DNA of 63,474 nucleotides, the filler included, from Reclinomonas americana ATCC 50394 (taxonomy: Eukaryota): the NCBI GenBank assembly GCA_048213135.1. It is 6 parts of 2 records of this genome, joined end to end, with 100 filler letters (N's around TTAATTAATTAA, not from the genome) between each part and the next. Parts side by side here need not be neighbours in the genome. Positions count along the whole stretch, not along the records: positions 1 to 27,238 come from PS015148.1; positions 27,339 to 43,034 come from PS015148.1; 4 more parts are not named here. One strand, given 5' to 3'. This document shows, piece after piece, positions 21,543 to 34,685 of the stretch. Under the pieces are notes generated by a model that had not been told where the DNA came from, did no database searches, and saw only the letters and a list, made by a program, of their open reading frames with translations. A program made the translations under genes and the position numbers. Positions within the stretch are counted from its first letter, which is position 1; each line of letters starts with the position of its first letter.

Positions 21543-23795
21543 TCAGGCCTGCACGCCCTTGCCGTGCACGTACAGATTCCAAAGCACGTACCTGCGCAGA
21601 GAGAGAGAGAGAGAGAGAGAGAGTCAGGGGAAGTGTGTGTGTTTGTCAGGCAAGAACAATCTGTGAGTTGTTCCACAGAGGAGTGTACGCAACGGCAGCG
21701 CAGTGGCGTAGGCCAGCAGGGAGAAGCCGACGATTGAGGTGAGGGTTCGATGCGGATCGGCCGAGCCCTCCTCTTCCACCTTGGCGACCTGGCAAGCGCG
21801 GATGATTTGCTGTGCGAAGACAGTGAGAGGGCTGTTGTTTGGCGATGGCGTGGTTGTGGAGGTGGTGGGTACGCAACGACGCCGCTGTCCCACAGGAGAG
21901 CGCACGGGATCGTCACCCACACCATGTTCATGAGGAAGAGGTAGATCCACAGCTTGATCTGCAGGGGGGAAAGATGAGTGAGTCGTGTTCCTCTTGTGCC
22001 ACTTGAAGTGAGGCATGGTCATGACTGAATCCTGCAGTCAAGCGCCTTCCCCTCCAGCTTGCTTATCTCTTCCTGCTGCCCCGTGCTGTATCGCTGAACC
22101 TGAAGTGCATACCCGCCAGCAATGCTTTCTTTGTCTTCTGTGTCTCTCTCGAGTTTGTTTGTCTCTCTTTTCGCTCTCTCTATCCTTCAGCCTCACTCCA
22201 TCAACCTCTTCTCTCTCTCTCCCTCCTCTCTCTTCTTCTTCTTCTCCCAGTCTCTCTCTTGCTCACTTTCTCCCTCGTACTCCACTATCCCACTGTCTAC
22301 CTTCCCCCCTTCTCTCTCCTCCTTCCTCTCCTCTATCCCTCCTCCTTTCCCCACCCACCGGATCATCCACCACCAGGTTCGGCGAGCCAATCAGCCACTC
22401 CGGGGCAAACGTCATCTGCAAAGCACGTCAGCACCGACATCCTTGCCGAGTGAGAAAGAAACCGCAACCACGCAACCCAGCCGCCGTACAGCTCGCCGAC
22501 GCACACCAACGTCTGCACAAAGTGACGCCACGGCTTGCGCGCAATGATTCTGGTACGAGACATGAGCACAACACACAGAGCAGCGCACGAGAGATAAAAA
22601 AAACGCACCCGTACAGGCACATCAGCGCACCGGGTCCCTCCAGCAGCACAGTGACACTGTCTCACACACAAGTCAGAACAGCGAAGAAGAAGAAGAAGGA
22701 TGAGGAGGAGACGAAGAAGAAGAAGAAGAGATGCATGCAAAGCGAGATGCATAGAGAACTGAGAAAGAAAAAGACAGAGGATGAGGAAGAAGGAGAAGAA
22801 GAAGAAGAAGAGGAAGAAGAACAAGAACAAGAAGGAGAAGAAAGAGGAGAAGAACAAGATCAAGAAGAAGAACAAGAGCAGGAAGAACAAGAACAAGAAG
22901 AAGAAGAACAAGAACAAGCAGACGAACAAGGCCAGGAAGAACAGGAAGACAAGTAGTAATAGAAGAAGAACAAGGAGAAGAAGAAGAGGAGGAAAAGGAG
23001 AAGACGAGGAATAAGAAGGAGAGAACAACCACAACAACAAGAAGAAAAAGATGCATGCAGAGCGAGATGCAGAGATCTTGAGGAAGAACAAGAAGAACAG
23101 GAAGAAGAAGGAGGACGATGAGCAGCACCACGCAACAGCTCCAGCGACAGCGTCGTGGGGTCAAACACTCCCCAGCGCTTGTCGGCCTTTCCATACTCGC
23201 GCCCTGACCATGCACGACGCACACGTGAGAACAACACTCTTTTCCAGAGCAGAGAAAAAGCGCAGTTTACAAACGCAACACATCAAGGCAAACGGCGAGT
23301 CACTCGTGTTGGCACCACCGTGGGCGAAGGACACTGAGAGAGAGAGGGAGAGCAAAGAGTGTGAGAAAAAACATGCATTTTTCGTGTTTTTCCGTGCATG
23401 TCAATCTGCATGTGAGAGCGTGTGTCTGTGTGTTGGTAACAGCACTCTTCTCTCTCTCTCTCTCACATACACACACACACACACACTCACTCACTCACTC
23501 ACTCACTCACTCACTTTCACACCCAATCACACATCCCTTCTCTCTTCTTTCCTTCCCTTCTCTCTTCTCTTCTCTTCTCACTCACTCTCCTCTCCTCCCC
23601 CTCCCTCCCTCATCTCTCTCTCCCTCTCCCTCCCTTATCTCCCTCTCTTCCCTCTCTCTCTTTGCACCCACCATACAAGTACGACGCCTCCACCACCAAA
23701 TGCGTGATACCATCCAGCGCAAACCACAACACACACAACCACTCATACACAGACAGCTTGCTGCTGCTGCTCGTCTTGGTGGGCGCGCGACGCAT
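21543..23795 (-). CDS. EBPL: Emopamil-binding protein family (EBP/EBPL, EXPERA domain; sterol isomerase-like), multi-exon
   Basis: Spliced translation: WLCVLWFALDGITHLVVEASY...[33 protein letters not shown]...[32 protein letters not shown]...KLWIYLFLMNMVWVTIPCALLWDS. These are diagnostic EBP-family motifs, and the MTFxPEWLxGSPNL segment looks EBPL-like. Confidence 0.88.
22682..23115. repeat. (GAA/CAA)n purine-rich repeat in an EBPL intron
   Basis: Direct reading. It includes a duplicated agatgcatgca.agcgagatgca.aga motif at about 22728 and 23049. Confidence 0.9.
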
Positions 23796-24200
23796 GTTTT
23801 TCGTCGTCAGAGTGAGAAGAAAAAAACGAAAATGCACAGCCTGCGGAAACTTCTCACACGTCGACGTCGCACTGTCTTCCTTTCGACGTCGCCTTCTTGC
23901 ATGCACTAGCACTGCTACCAGTGCACTGCTCACCAGTCACACTGTGGCACATCATTTACTACCTCGGAAAAACTGAGTGCATTTTTGTGCATGTATCGTT
24001 CGCCACCCATGCCCAGATGATCTCAAGATAGACCCCTGCTCTCCCCCCCACGCTGGACAACAACAAAAGAGTGCCACGTGGAATCACTGCATGCATGCGC
24101 ACGTCGCAGTGACCTGCGGCTATTTATACCACTCTCTCACCCCCACACATCCCATTTATCGCCTCGTTCTTGCGAGAAAACAACAACAAACAACAACAAC

Positions 24201-25260
24201 ATGGAGCCTGCTGCTGTTGCGTGTCTCCTCTGCACTGTCTCCTCATAAGTCGCTCATTCCCGTCGCGTGCAGAAGGAAGAAGCCCGCGATAAGGCACCTC
24301 TCTCTCTGTCTCTCTGTTCTCTTCTCCCCTCTCTTCCCGCTCACTCCTCCACAGAACGACGACGTGTACGTGTGCCCCGTGCAAGTCTGTCGCCGATGCG
24401 CTGCGTTCTATGGCACAATCGAGCTGGATTTCCTCTGCTCTCAATGCGCGCGAGGAGGTTCATATGTTGCTTCTTCCGCCTCTTTCACGCGCGCTATCTG
24501 CCTCACACACGCGCGTGTACATAGAGGAACCGCAGTCCCCGCGCACTCGTGCGCAGAGCTGGCTCGATGAGGCCGTGGCCAGTGGCGAAATGGTGCCGTT
24601 TCCGGACGATCTCTGTTGCGTTTCTCTTCTTCAAGGCAATCAACGACCATTGCTGACTTCTTCGTGCGCAGACGAGCGACTGAAGAGTTCCGCTTGACTC
24701 CGCCTCCTCACTGCTCATTTTCCAGCATCACTGACTCGAGAACGCAGGCATTGTGCAGCGACAGCGAGATATCGAGCCGGCGTACCTGTGGCGACTGATC
24801 AATAACGCGGAGGTGGTATGTGTGCACGGCCAGGCGTCGCCTCAGCGTTTTTTTTCTATGCTGCCAGTCTCACCCCCTGGCCCGTTTGATCCGTGCAGGC
24901 CTTCCCGCACGAGACGCCGAATCGCCAAGTGTGCTTCATGTTGTCGGCGGCGCAAGCCGACGAGCTGATTGAGGAGCTGGGCAAGCGCGGCATGAGCGAT
25001 TACAAGTACGAGCAGTTGCGTTCCTCTCCTGCACTGTCACTCACTCTCCCTTTTGCTCACTTAGCACACACAGTGCCGTGTGCTCCAACGTGCTGGATCT
25101 GTGGCGTATCCGCTGCAACGTCGGCTCATGTTACCACGGAAACTTTGGTGAGCCGCCGCTCCGCAAGGACGAGTTCCTGCAGGTGCCGCGTTGGGGACGA
25201 GGTGACGACACGGTGATTGGTGAGGTGCGCAGCTTTATCCACAGCGCGCGCAAGCGGTGA
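24201..25260 (+). CDS. A20-type zinc finger protein with an uncharacterised C-terminal domain, multi-exon
   Basis: CRRCAAFYGTIELDFLCSQC matches the A20 finger pattern Cx2-4CxFYGx5-6LCSxC. Downstream exons splice in phase to ...YKYEHAVCSNVLDLWRIRCNVGSCYHGNFGEPP...SARKR*. Confidence 0.8.
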
Positions 25261-25289
25261 AAGAATGAATGGAAAAAAGAGTATCATTC

Positions 25290-27238
25290 ACTCATCGTCT
25301 CACGCACGATATCTGCCGCACACATAAAGAGGGCGAGTGAGCGCCTGATCATCAAGTGTGCACGTACACGCGCGACTCACCTCGGACTGCTCATCATGCG
25401 TGAACTGCGTGGGGTGGNNNNNNNNNNNNNNNNNNNNNNNNNNNNNNNNNNNNNNNNNNNNNNNNNNNNNNNNNNNNNNNNNNNNNNNNNNNNNNNNNNN
25501 NNNNNNNNNNNNNNNNNNNNNNNNNNNNNNNNNNNNNNNNNNNNNNNNNNNNNNNNNNNNNNNNNNNNNNNNNNNNNNNNNNNNNNNNNNNNNNNNNNNN
25601 NNNNNNNNNNNNNNNNNNNNNNNNNNNNNNNNNNNNNNNNNNNNNNNNNNNNNNNNNNNNNNNNNNNNNNNNNNNNNNNNNNNNNNNNNNNNNNNNNNNN
25701 NNNNNNNNNNNNNNNNNNNNNNNNNNNNNNNNNNNNNNNNNNNNNNNNNNNNNNNNNNNNNNNNNNNNNNNNNNNNNNNNNNNNNNNNNNNNNNNNNNNN
25801 NNNNNNNNNNNNNNNNNNNNNNNNNNNNNNNNNNNNNNNNNNNNNNNNNNNNNNNNNNNNNNNNNNNNNNNNNNNNNNNNNNNNNNNNNNNNNNNNNNNN
25901 NNNNNNNNNNNNNNNNNNNNNNNNNNNNNNNNNNNNNNNNNNNNNNNNNNNNNNNNNNNNNNNNNNNNNNNNNNNNNNNNNNNNNNNNNNNNNNNNNNNN
26001 NNNNNNNNNNNNNNNNNNNNNNNNNNNNNNNNNNNNNNNNNNNNNNNNNNNNNNNNNNNNNNNNNNNNNNNNNNNNNNNNNNNNNNNNNNNNNNNNNNNN
26101 NNNNNNNNNNNNNNNNNNNNNNNNNNNNNNNNNNNNNNNNNNNNNNNNNNNNNNNNNNNNNNNNNNNNNNNNNNNNNNNNNNNNNNNNNNNNNNNNNNNN
26201 NNNNNNNNNNNNNNNNNNNNNNNNNNNNNNNNNNNNNNNNNNNNNNNNNNNNNAAAGGGGAAAGCGTGAAGGGGGAGGAGCGGGAGGGGGAACGAGAGGG
26301 GTGGAGAAGGGGGGAGAAGGGGGAGAAGGGGGAGAAGGGGAGAAGGGGGAGAAGGGGAGAGAAGGGAAAGAGAGGGGAGAGAAGGGGGAGAAGGGGGAGA
26401 AGGGGGAGAAGGGGAGGGGTGGAGGCAAGGGATGAAAGCGTGCGAGTGTGGAAACAGCGAGAGAGTGAAGTGACTGGAAAAGCGAGGAGACGAACGAGGG
26501 AGAGACGACGAAAACCAAGCAACATCGAGGCAACGAGAGTATGACGAAAGAGGGAGCGGAAGGAACAAGGGATCAGGGGGAGAAAGGAGCGAGGCATGAG
26601 GTGACTGGGAGTGCGAGGAGCGAGGCAATCAGAGAGGAGAAGAACCGAGGCAACGAGAGGGAGCAAAAGAGTGCAAGCACCGAGAGTGGAAAGAATGAGA
26701 GACGGGGGTGTGGCAATGAGAGAGTACGAGAGCAGAAGGAGCGAGGGAGGGACGAGGAGGTACAAGCAACGAGGCAACGAGAGAGACTGAGGTGAAGGAG
26801 TGGAAGGAACAAGGGCCAGGACAGATAGACAAAAAGTGCAAAGGGGGAAGCATCAAGAGAATGGAAGGAGCGGAGCAAAGGAGTGGAACGATCGAGGGTG
26901 AACGAGAGAGGAAGTGGAAGGAGTAAAGCAGCGGCGGTTGACGCACCGTGGATTAATGGCCAGAGCGCGATCAAAATCGATGCGAGCGAGTCCCTCGTGC
27001 CCAACCTTCATTCGCACCAAACCCCTGCGCAGACACCATGCGTCACGCACAATGCAAGCAAAATGCTCAACGAACAGCAGAGGCGCCAGACCTCTTGTTA
27101 AATATTTCAGCGTTGTGAGGATCCAGCGATGCAGCTCGATCGTAGTCCTCGAGAGAATCACTGCAACGGACAGAGAGTGAGGGCCAAGAAACGCAAGGAG
27201 TCGAGCGCTATCGTGGAAAGACGATACATGACGCCTCA
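25290..27238 (-). CDS. TPR-repeat protein, partial (5' part cut by a contig linker; 3' exons uncertain)
   Basis: Exons 27092-27160 and 26947-27024 splice to DSLEDYDRAASLDPHNAEIFNKRGLVRMKVGHEGLARIDFDRALAINPR, a TPR consensus. Candidate terminal exons lie at 25290-25404. Confidence 0.75.
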
Positions 27239-27338
27239 NNNNNNNNNNNNNNNNNNNNNNNNNNNNNNNNNNNNNNNNNNNNTTAATTAATTAANNNNNN
27301 NNNNNNNNNNNNNNNNNNNNNNNNNNNNNNNNNNNNNN
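27239..27338. other. Artificial contig linker N44-TTAATTAATTAA-N44
   Basis: Identical 100-nt construct with stops in all six frames, repeated five times in the window. Confidence 0.95.
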
Positions 27339-27442
27339 CCCACCGCTCGTCAGCCTTCGTCCTCGCCTCTCACTCTCTCACTACTCTTCTTCGTCTCACT
27401 TCTACTCCGTCCTCGTGTTCTCTCCGTCCTCGTCCTCCCTCC

Positions 27443-27482
<40 letters not shown>

Positions 27483-27576
27483 CCTCCCGTCGTCATTCGC
27501 TCTCTGCTTTCCTTCCTTCTCTTTCCAACTTCTCCAACCTCTCCCCTTCCCTTGCTCACTCCCTCCCTTATCACAG

Positions 27577-29946
27577 CGGCGGCGGAGTCCGCGGTTTCCT
27601 CGCCCACGGACTGAGCTCCCTCCAGGAGCTGCTGTCGTCGTTGAATGTGTTGCGAAAGCAGCCGACATCTGCGGCCGCCGCGGCGTCACTGACGGGTTCC
27701 GGCGACGCCTTGTCACTAGTTTCGTGTGGATTGTGTTTTCTCTGTGGCCGCGCGGGTGAATGACTGTGCTCTGTGTGCGTGTAGGGTGATTCGGCAGGTG
27801 GCTCGGATCATCGGCGACGAGCTGGACGCAATGCGCCAGTGTTGCCGGCGGTGAAGGATGACACGACGACAAGCACAGGTGACTCGATCCACCTTCTCCC
27901 TTCCCCTTTTCCCTTCGTCGCGCGTTGTCAACGTGTCGCGCCACCTCTGACATCTTCTCCCCGTCTTCGGCTCCCTATCACACACACACTGACACACACT
28001 GTTCCTGCATTTCTTCGAATCTCCACTCGTACTTCTTTATTCCTGTTCTTTTTGTTCTTCTTCTCCTCGCGGGTTGTCTTACTTCTCTCCTCCTTTCCTC
28101 CCTCTCATCTCCTTCCGCCTTCCCCTTTGTCACCCCACAGCCACCTCCCGCGACATGGACTCTGTCGACGACTCGCTCAACGTGGCCGTGGATTCCTCCC
28201 TGGCCGCCGCCGCCCCACCACCCCCGCGCTCGGCCCAGGGCGGCAAGGTGACGCGTCCGGTCTCCGTCTGGTACGCCGTGTGTGGCTCGTACGGGGATCG
28301 ACAGATTCTCGCTCTCTACCTCTCCAACGACACCCTGGTGCTGCGCTGCATCGAGAGACCACTGGCGGTCACCGGGTCGGCTGTCGGTGGCGGTGGTGTT
28401 GGTGGCGGTGGTGGTGGGCACGGTGGACATGGTGATGTGGGTGGAACGAGTGCGAGTACCGCGTGCACGCCGATTGTGCGTCTGCTGCAGCTTTTTGGAG
28501 GGCGTGACAAGGTGCGTGAAAGAGAGAGAGAGAGAGAGCGCGGGAGAGAGAGACTCTTTGGCGACGATTTGATGAGCCTCTACTTAACTTATCGCGCCCT
28601 TTCTCATTGACATTCTCTCTCTCTATTGCCCACTCTCTCTCTCTGTGTGTGAGAGAGAGAGAGACTGTTGGGCGACGTTTTGATGCGCCTCTGGTCGACT
28701 GATCGCGCACTTTCTCGTTGTCTTTTTCTCTCTCTGTGCTGCCCTCCCTCCTGTATGTGTGCGCATGCGAGAGTGAGAGAGGCAGCGACTGGATGCGCCG
28801 CTTGTCGTCTAATTACGCTCTTTCTCATTGACTTTCTCTCTCTTTTTATGTGCGTCTGAGAGAGAGAGAGAGAGCGACTCTTCGGCGACGACTTCTATTT
28901 GTAATCACTCTCATTCTCATTGACTTTCTCTCTCCCTCTCTGTGCTGCCCTCTCTCTCTCTCTCGGAATGCCCTTTGATTGCATTCCCCTTTCCCTCTCC
29001 CCGCGCAGGTGGTGGTGGCCATGGATTTGGATCCGCTGGCGCGCATCCTCATGTGCGTGACGGCCGACGAGACTGTGTTTTTGTTACCCGTGGACTTCCT
29101 GTTGTTTGCCGGTGCACCACACGCTTCGCTCTTCTGGAGTCGATCTGGACGGCCGATTTTGCGCGCCGGTATTGGTGTGGGCGGCGGAGCGTCGGGCTCG
29201 CGGCACTCCAGTGCAGGTGCGTCTCTCTCTCTCTCCCTCTCTTGCCCTTCCTCCCTTTCCTTATTCGCCGTCTCGTAGATCTCGGCACGGCACCCTTCGG
29301 CAGTGTGGAGCTGCCCAAGTTGCCGCTGCTGACGTCGTATGTCGACGGCTCGGGCCACCAGACACAGGGCGACATTAACGATCGCGGTGAGCTGCGCGTG
29401 GTGTGGAGTCGCGCACCCGGGTCACAGAATCGGCAGCGCGGCAACGTCACCTGCTGTCGCTGGTGGCGCAGCTTTGACGGCACGGATTTCGCGCTGCTCG
29501 GCACCGACTCGGGCTCTCTCATTGTGATCAATCTGGAGACGGAGCGCGAGGAGTGTGTGGTCAAGGGCTTCGATCCAGGCATCTTGAAGCTGGACGTCAT
29601 TGTCGACAAGAACGAGGCCTTCAAGACTGTGCTGGTGCACGGACTGCGCGGCATGTTCTTCAGCTTGCTGCTCGAGCAGGAGGACGAGACGGACCAGACG
29701 TATCACATGTTGCCGAGGTTCGGGAGGCACAGAAGAGTCAGGGGGGCTGTGTCGTGTGTTATCAATCAACGTGGCTGCACAACGCACTCTCTCTCTCTCT
29801 CTCTCTCTCTGTGTATGTGTGCGTGCTGTATAAGAGAGCAAGTGAGTGAGCGATTGTTAGGTGTCGATTTACATGACCTCTGATCGACTTATGGCGCACT
29901 TTCTCATCCACTTTTTCTTGTCTCTGTGTTGTCCTCTCTCTTCGCT

Positions 29947-29982
<36 letters not shown>

Positions 29983-32900
29983 TGTGTATGAGTGACAGAG
30001 TGTGCAACTGTTAGGCGACGATTTTCGTGCACCGCTGCTCAATGATACATTTTCTCATCGACTTTCTGTCTCTTTGTTGCTCTCTCTCTCTCTCTTCTCT
30101 TCTCTCTCTGTATGTGTGCGTTTGCGAGAGTGCGTGAGCGAGCATCTGTCGGGCGACGATAGACATGCGCCTCTGGTCGACATATCGCATGTTTTCTCAT
30201 CGATTCTCTCTGTGTTGCCCTCTCCCTTTCCTTCTATCTCCCTCTCTGCCTATTTCCGCACACAGCTCTCTGGATCGCAAGCCGTTCACTGTCGAACCCA
30301 TCCCCATGTTCACGGGCCAACCGTGCGAAGTCTCCATCCGCTACGACGCCGACAAGGGTCCGCTGATCTGCGCCTACTTCTCCGCCGCCCAGCGGTTGGA
30401 GATTTACGACGCCGAACTGCACCGATACCCGCTCTACGTGTACCAGCTGCACCCCGACACGGGTCTCGTGTACTGGAGTCGGAAGGTACAGTACCTTGCC
30501 CCCGCACACGCTTCTCATGCGATTTTCCTCACTTTTCATGTCGATATCGCAGGTCATTTTCTGCGTGCAGCGAGAACCCTCCTCCCGCGGCAACGAGAAA
30601 CTGTGGGCTGTCAGCGGCCTGCTGGCGGCCTCGGCCACGGGCATGTCGCAGGATGCGTCGGGTGCTGCGCGTAATGCGGTGCTGCAGGAGTTCTGCATGC
30701 TGCCGTCCGAGCGCATTTGTGGATTTGCATCGTCGCTTCCGCCGCAGCCGTCACAGCGCGAGAAGCAGGCGTCGGCAAGAGAACGGCAGGCGGAGGTGTT
30801 TCACAGCCGCCTGGCCGACTCCAATGCACCGATTCGTTCTGCGGCTGCGGCCGCCGCTGCAGCGGCAGCTGGGGACGTGGGCGAGGTGCAATTGCAGCAT
30901 GAGTTACGCGCAGCCTGTGAAGCGCCCACCTTGTCCTTTTTCTTTACTCACTCTACCATCAGGGCCACCTTCCGCTGGCTGGATACGGTGTACGTGTGGA
31001 CCCAGGACTCGGTGTACGAGTTGGAGACGGGTCGTGCGCCGGAGAATGTGTTTGAGAGCTTGCTGACCAAGGTTTGACAATGTCGAGAGAAACAGAGTCT
31101 CGGCTTGCTTCTCATTCGACTGTGCCTCGCAGAACCCACTCCCACCGCATGCCATTCCGAGTGCGGAGAAGCTGGCCAAGACCTTCCACTTGGACATTTG
31201 TCGGCTATACGAGGAGGTCGCTGACCGATGTTACGAACGTGGGGATCACAACCGGGCCGCCGAGTTTTACGCTCGCTCTGATGTGTCGCTGCCCAAGTTG
31301 GTGTCGAGGTGAGCGAGAGAGAGAGAGAGGGAGAGGGACAGGGNNNNNNNNNNNNNNNNNNNNNNNNNNNNNNNNNNNNNNNNNNNNNNNNNNNNNNNNN
31401 NNNNNNNNNNNNNNNNNNNNNNNNNNNNNNNNNNNCTCGGTGCGCGCCATGCAATCCAACCCAGCCGCGCCGTCGACACTCGCAGATGTTGCGTGCATGC
31501 AGTCACTTTATGCCTTCACTGAGCCTGTGCATATTTACCTTCTTTAATACCAGGGCCTGATGACGGATGACGCCGTGGTGTTGGCGTCGTCGGAGGCGTC
31601 GCAGAATGGGAAAACACTCGATTACCAGGCCGAGTTCGTGCACTTTTTGTTGACCAACCAGGACTACGACGCACCGAAGGCGCTGTTGTTGCTGGTTCGC
31701 TCCTTTGTGATGTTGTTATTGTCGTCGGTGTGTGTCTCACATGTCGCCAGGTCAATGCCGGTTTCAACGACATTGCACTGCGAGTGGCACACCACCGACG
31801 AGCCTCAAATGTGCCGAGGGCACGCGAGTCGGGAAGTATGGCCCGGTCGTCCTCTTCCACCTCCAATCTTGGCTCGAGTGAACGCTCATGTTGCGTGTCC
31901 ATATGTGTGTGTACTGGTGTAGTCATTGACTGACGACAATCGCACAGGGTCTTCCATGGGTCCGCAAGACGACGCGCTGATGACATCGGCGTTGAAGTTG
32001 CTCATCAATCGCGGCGTGCTGGCCCTCTCGCCCACCATTGTGTCGTTCTTGTTGGAGAATGGATATGGTGCGCTGCTGCTGCATGTGTGTCGATCGCTAC
32101 CACGCAGTCACTGATTGACTCTCGCAGCGCTGACCATCGAGAGTGTGAGCCATGGAGCCTTGTTTGAGAGTCTGCCGCCTGATATGCAAGTTGCGCGGTG
32201 ACGAACGAAGCCCTGCTTGTGTGATTCATCGCTCACTCTCTCCCAGTGTCGAGTCGTGCTGGAAGAAGACGAACTGCTCCTGCGACATGTGAATCATTTG
32301 TACAGCCTGCTGCCCGACCTCCAGCCGACCACCTTGGTTTGCATCTCATTGTGTGCTCTCATACCAACACTTGGGTGGCTCACGGGCCGTTTGCGCAGCT
32401 GAGAGTATTCAGAAAGCTGCATCCGCGCACATCACACTTCCTGCATCAAATAGCCTCGATGAAAAAGATGGACATGGACAGCCAGTTCTCCTCGCCAACG
32501 CTGGCACACCTGCAGGAGCGCCAGGCGGCGATGAAGGTGTGTGCTAGCGCCAGTGCTTTACAATCGTCTCTCTACCCTCACACTAACCAAATGTCGCAGC
32601 ATGCACCGCAAGTGTCGCGCTTCGTGGAGTTGTTGCTCATGGCCGCCATCCTGCTCGTCACACGCATGACCAACTCGCCACCGGCGGTGGATGCTGCCAC
32701 AGCCGCCGAGCTGAACGAGGTCGATCACTGGCAGGTGGAGACGCTGATAAAGCAGTTGGACGACAAGTACAGCCCGTTCGTGTTGCTGCGCTCGTGCTAC
32801 GCTGTCTCTGCGTACCGCTTTGCCGCCGTGGTTTGTTCCTTTGTTGTTGTGGCATGGAGTGCAGCAGATATCAGAGTGCTAACTCATAATGCAGATTCAC

Positions 32901-34662
32901 GAGCACGTGCACCAGTGGGACAAAGCCTTCAAGTGCCACCTGCTTGATCTCGACCAGCGACTGACCTCCGAGGTCTTTTGTCGCATCCAATGCTTCGCAA
33001 ACCGTACTGCACTTCTTCTTTGACACCACAGCCGCGCAGATTTCAACAGTGGAGCGCGAGGACAACGTCTTTCAGGCACTCTCCACATTTGTTGCCTCGT
33101 GGACCGAGGAGTGCCGGAAAGCTGTCGCGCAGCACCAGTTGTCGATGGACATGGACATTGAGGTGTTGTTGCAACAACAGCGTGCCGTCATGGTCACCGT
33201 GTTGGAGGAGGTATGTGAAAGAAAGGGAAGGATGTTTGTGGTGACAGCCAGGCACTCATCACCTTCTCGCGTGCAGATGTTTGTGTTGTGGCATCGCTGG
33301 GCGCTGCCGGTGGACGACCTCGAGTCCCACATGCTGTGCAACCTCGACACGTTTGCCGATGGCCTCGTATCTGTGCTGTTCCAGTCGACGGTGCGTTTCA
33401 CCTCTCGCAGACGGACATGTGTTTGCTTGCCCACTAACGACTGCCTTGTCCGCAGAGCGGTGCTGCAACGGCACTGAATTTCAGCGTTTCGTTTTATGTG
33501 GCGGTGGCCGAGCACGGCTTGCGAGATGCCTTTACTCGCAACCAGGAGCACCGTTGCGCTCTCGTCCTCCATGATGTTTTTCAGTGGCACTTGACGCTCA
33601 TGTTATCGATGCAAACAGGCAATCGGATCCAAGCACATTGGAAGCAGCTATCCGACACGCTGGCCACCAACATGCACAAGCGGCCATTCGTCGTCGTGCC
33701 GCAAAGTCGCAGTGTCGGTCGCCACGAATCACTGTTGTTTAATCGCCGTTGCGTCGTGTCGTCTACCAGAGGATGTGCATTCTCCTCCACACTCACACTC
33801 AGTCGTCGCTTCACCAGATCCCAAGAAGCCGCTCGACTCGCGCGATCGGGTTCGTTCCGCTCGAAGACTTCTCTCTCTCCATCATGCTCATCTACTCTCT
33901 CTCTCTCTCTCTTTCTCTTTCTGTGCGCAGTACGGCGTCGTGTTCACATGTAACCACTACTTTTTGCGGTCGACCTTCAACGACGCCGTGGTTCCGGAGT
34001 ACAAGCGGAGAATGGAGTTACTGACGACGGCGTTCCGAGAACGCGTGGCGGCACTGACGCTGGCCGTGGCCCCGCCACCGACACCACCAGCGCCGGAGGA
34101 ACTGCAGCGATCCACATCGCAGAACCGCTTTGGCTCGCTGGAGCGCTCGCGGCGGCAGTACAGCAGCCAGTCGGCCGAGCGCGACATGGATCTCATGGCG
34201 TCGGATGTGTCGAACCGCTTCCGCAGCACCGGAGCCGACTCCTTCACACCGCCGCCACCAGCATCGTCCTCATCAGCAGCCGCCGCCGTCGCCGCCACCG
34301 CCACATCCGCAGCACAGACGCGACGAGAGCAACAACTGCAAAAGGCCGTCGATCGCCTCTCACAGCTGGCCGAGTGGGCCAGCCTCTTCACTGTCAACCG
34401 CCCTGCGTCCTCCAACGGCAGCTCGTCGACCACGCCTACCTCGGCATCCGCAGCTGCTCCACCACCACCACCACCACTACCAGCACCACCACCAGTGTCG
34501 TCATCATCCTCATCCTCATCACCATTAGCAGAGCAGCCGCGATACATCCCATGCGCCTGCCCCATCTGCGTATATAACGACATCCTAGACGAGATCCGCA
34601 GCGAGCTGGACGCCGCCACGCTCGCCACACAACAGCTGTCCAAGTGGCGCGATGACTTGTGA
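27577..34662 (+). CDS. Large beta-propeller + alpha-solenoid + C-terminal Cys/His finger protein; endolysosomal trafficking-factor architecture, possibly Claret-like; 5' truncated
   Basis: Many GT-AG exons, and those I checked splice in phase. There are WD-like strands (VTCCRWWRSFDGTDFALLGTDSGSLIVINLET), a helical region (AEKLAKTFHLDICRLYEEVAD...AAEFYARS; FLLTNQDYD) and a split C-terminal finger VVFTCNHYF...IPCACPICV. Confidence 0.75.
28540..30240. repeat. Degenerate ~110-150-nt intronic repeat shared by two introns of the same gene
   Basis: The motif ggcgacg...gcgcctctggtcgac...atcgcgc...ttctcat(t/c)gactttctct, joined by (TC)/(GA) tracts, recurs at about 28560, 28670, 28885, 29860, 30013 and 30151. 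Confidence 0.7.
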
Positions 34663-34685
34663 TAAAGAGAGACAAGAGATATGTA

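Noticed and set aside
27283-27294. Palindromic TTAATTAATTAA repeated five times (also 43079, 46290, 54810, 62041)
   Set aside because: Always centred in exactly 44 N on each side. It is a synthetic six-frame-stop contig spacer, not a biological motif.
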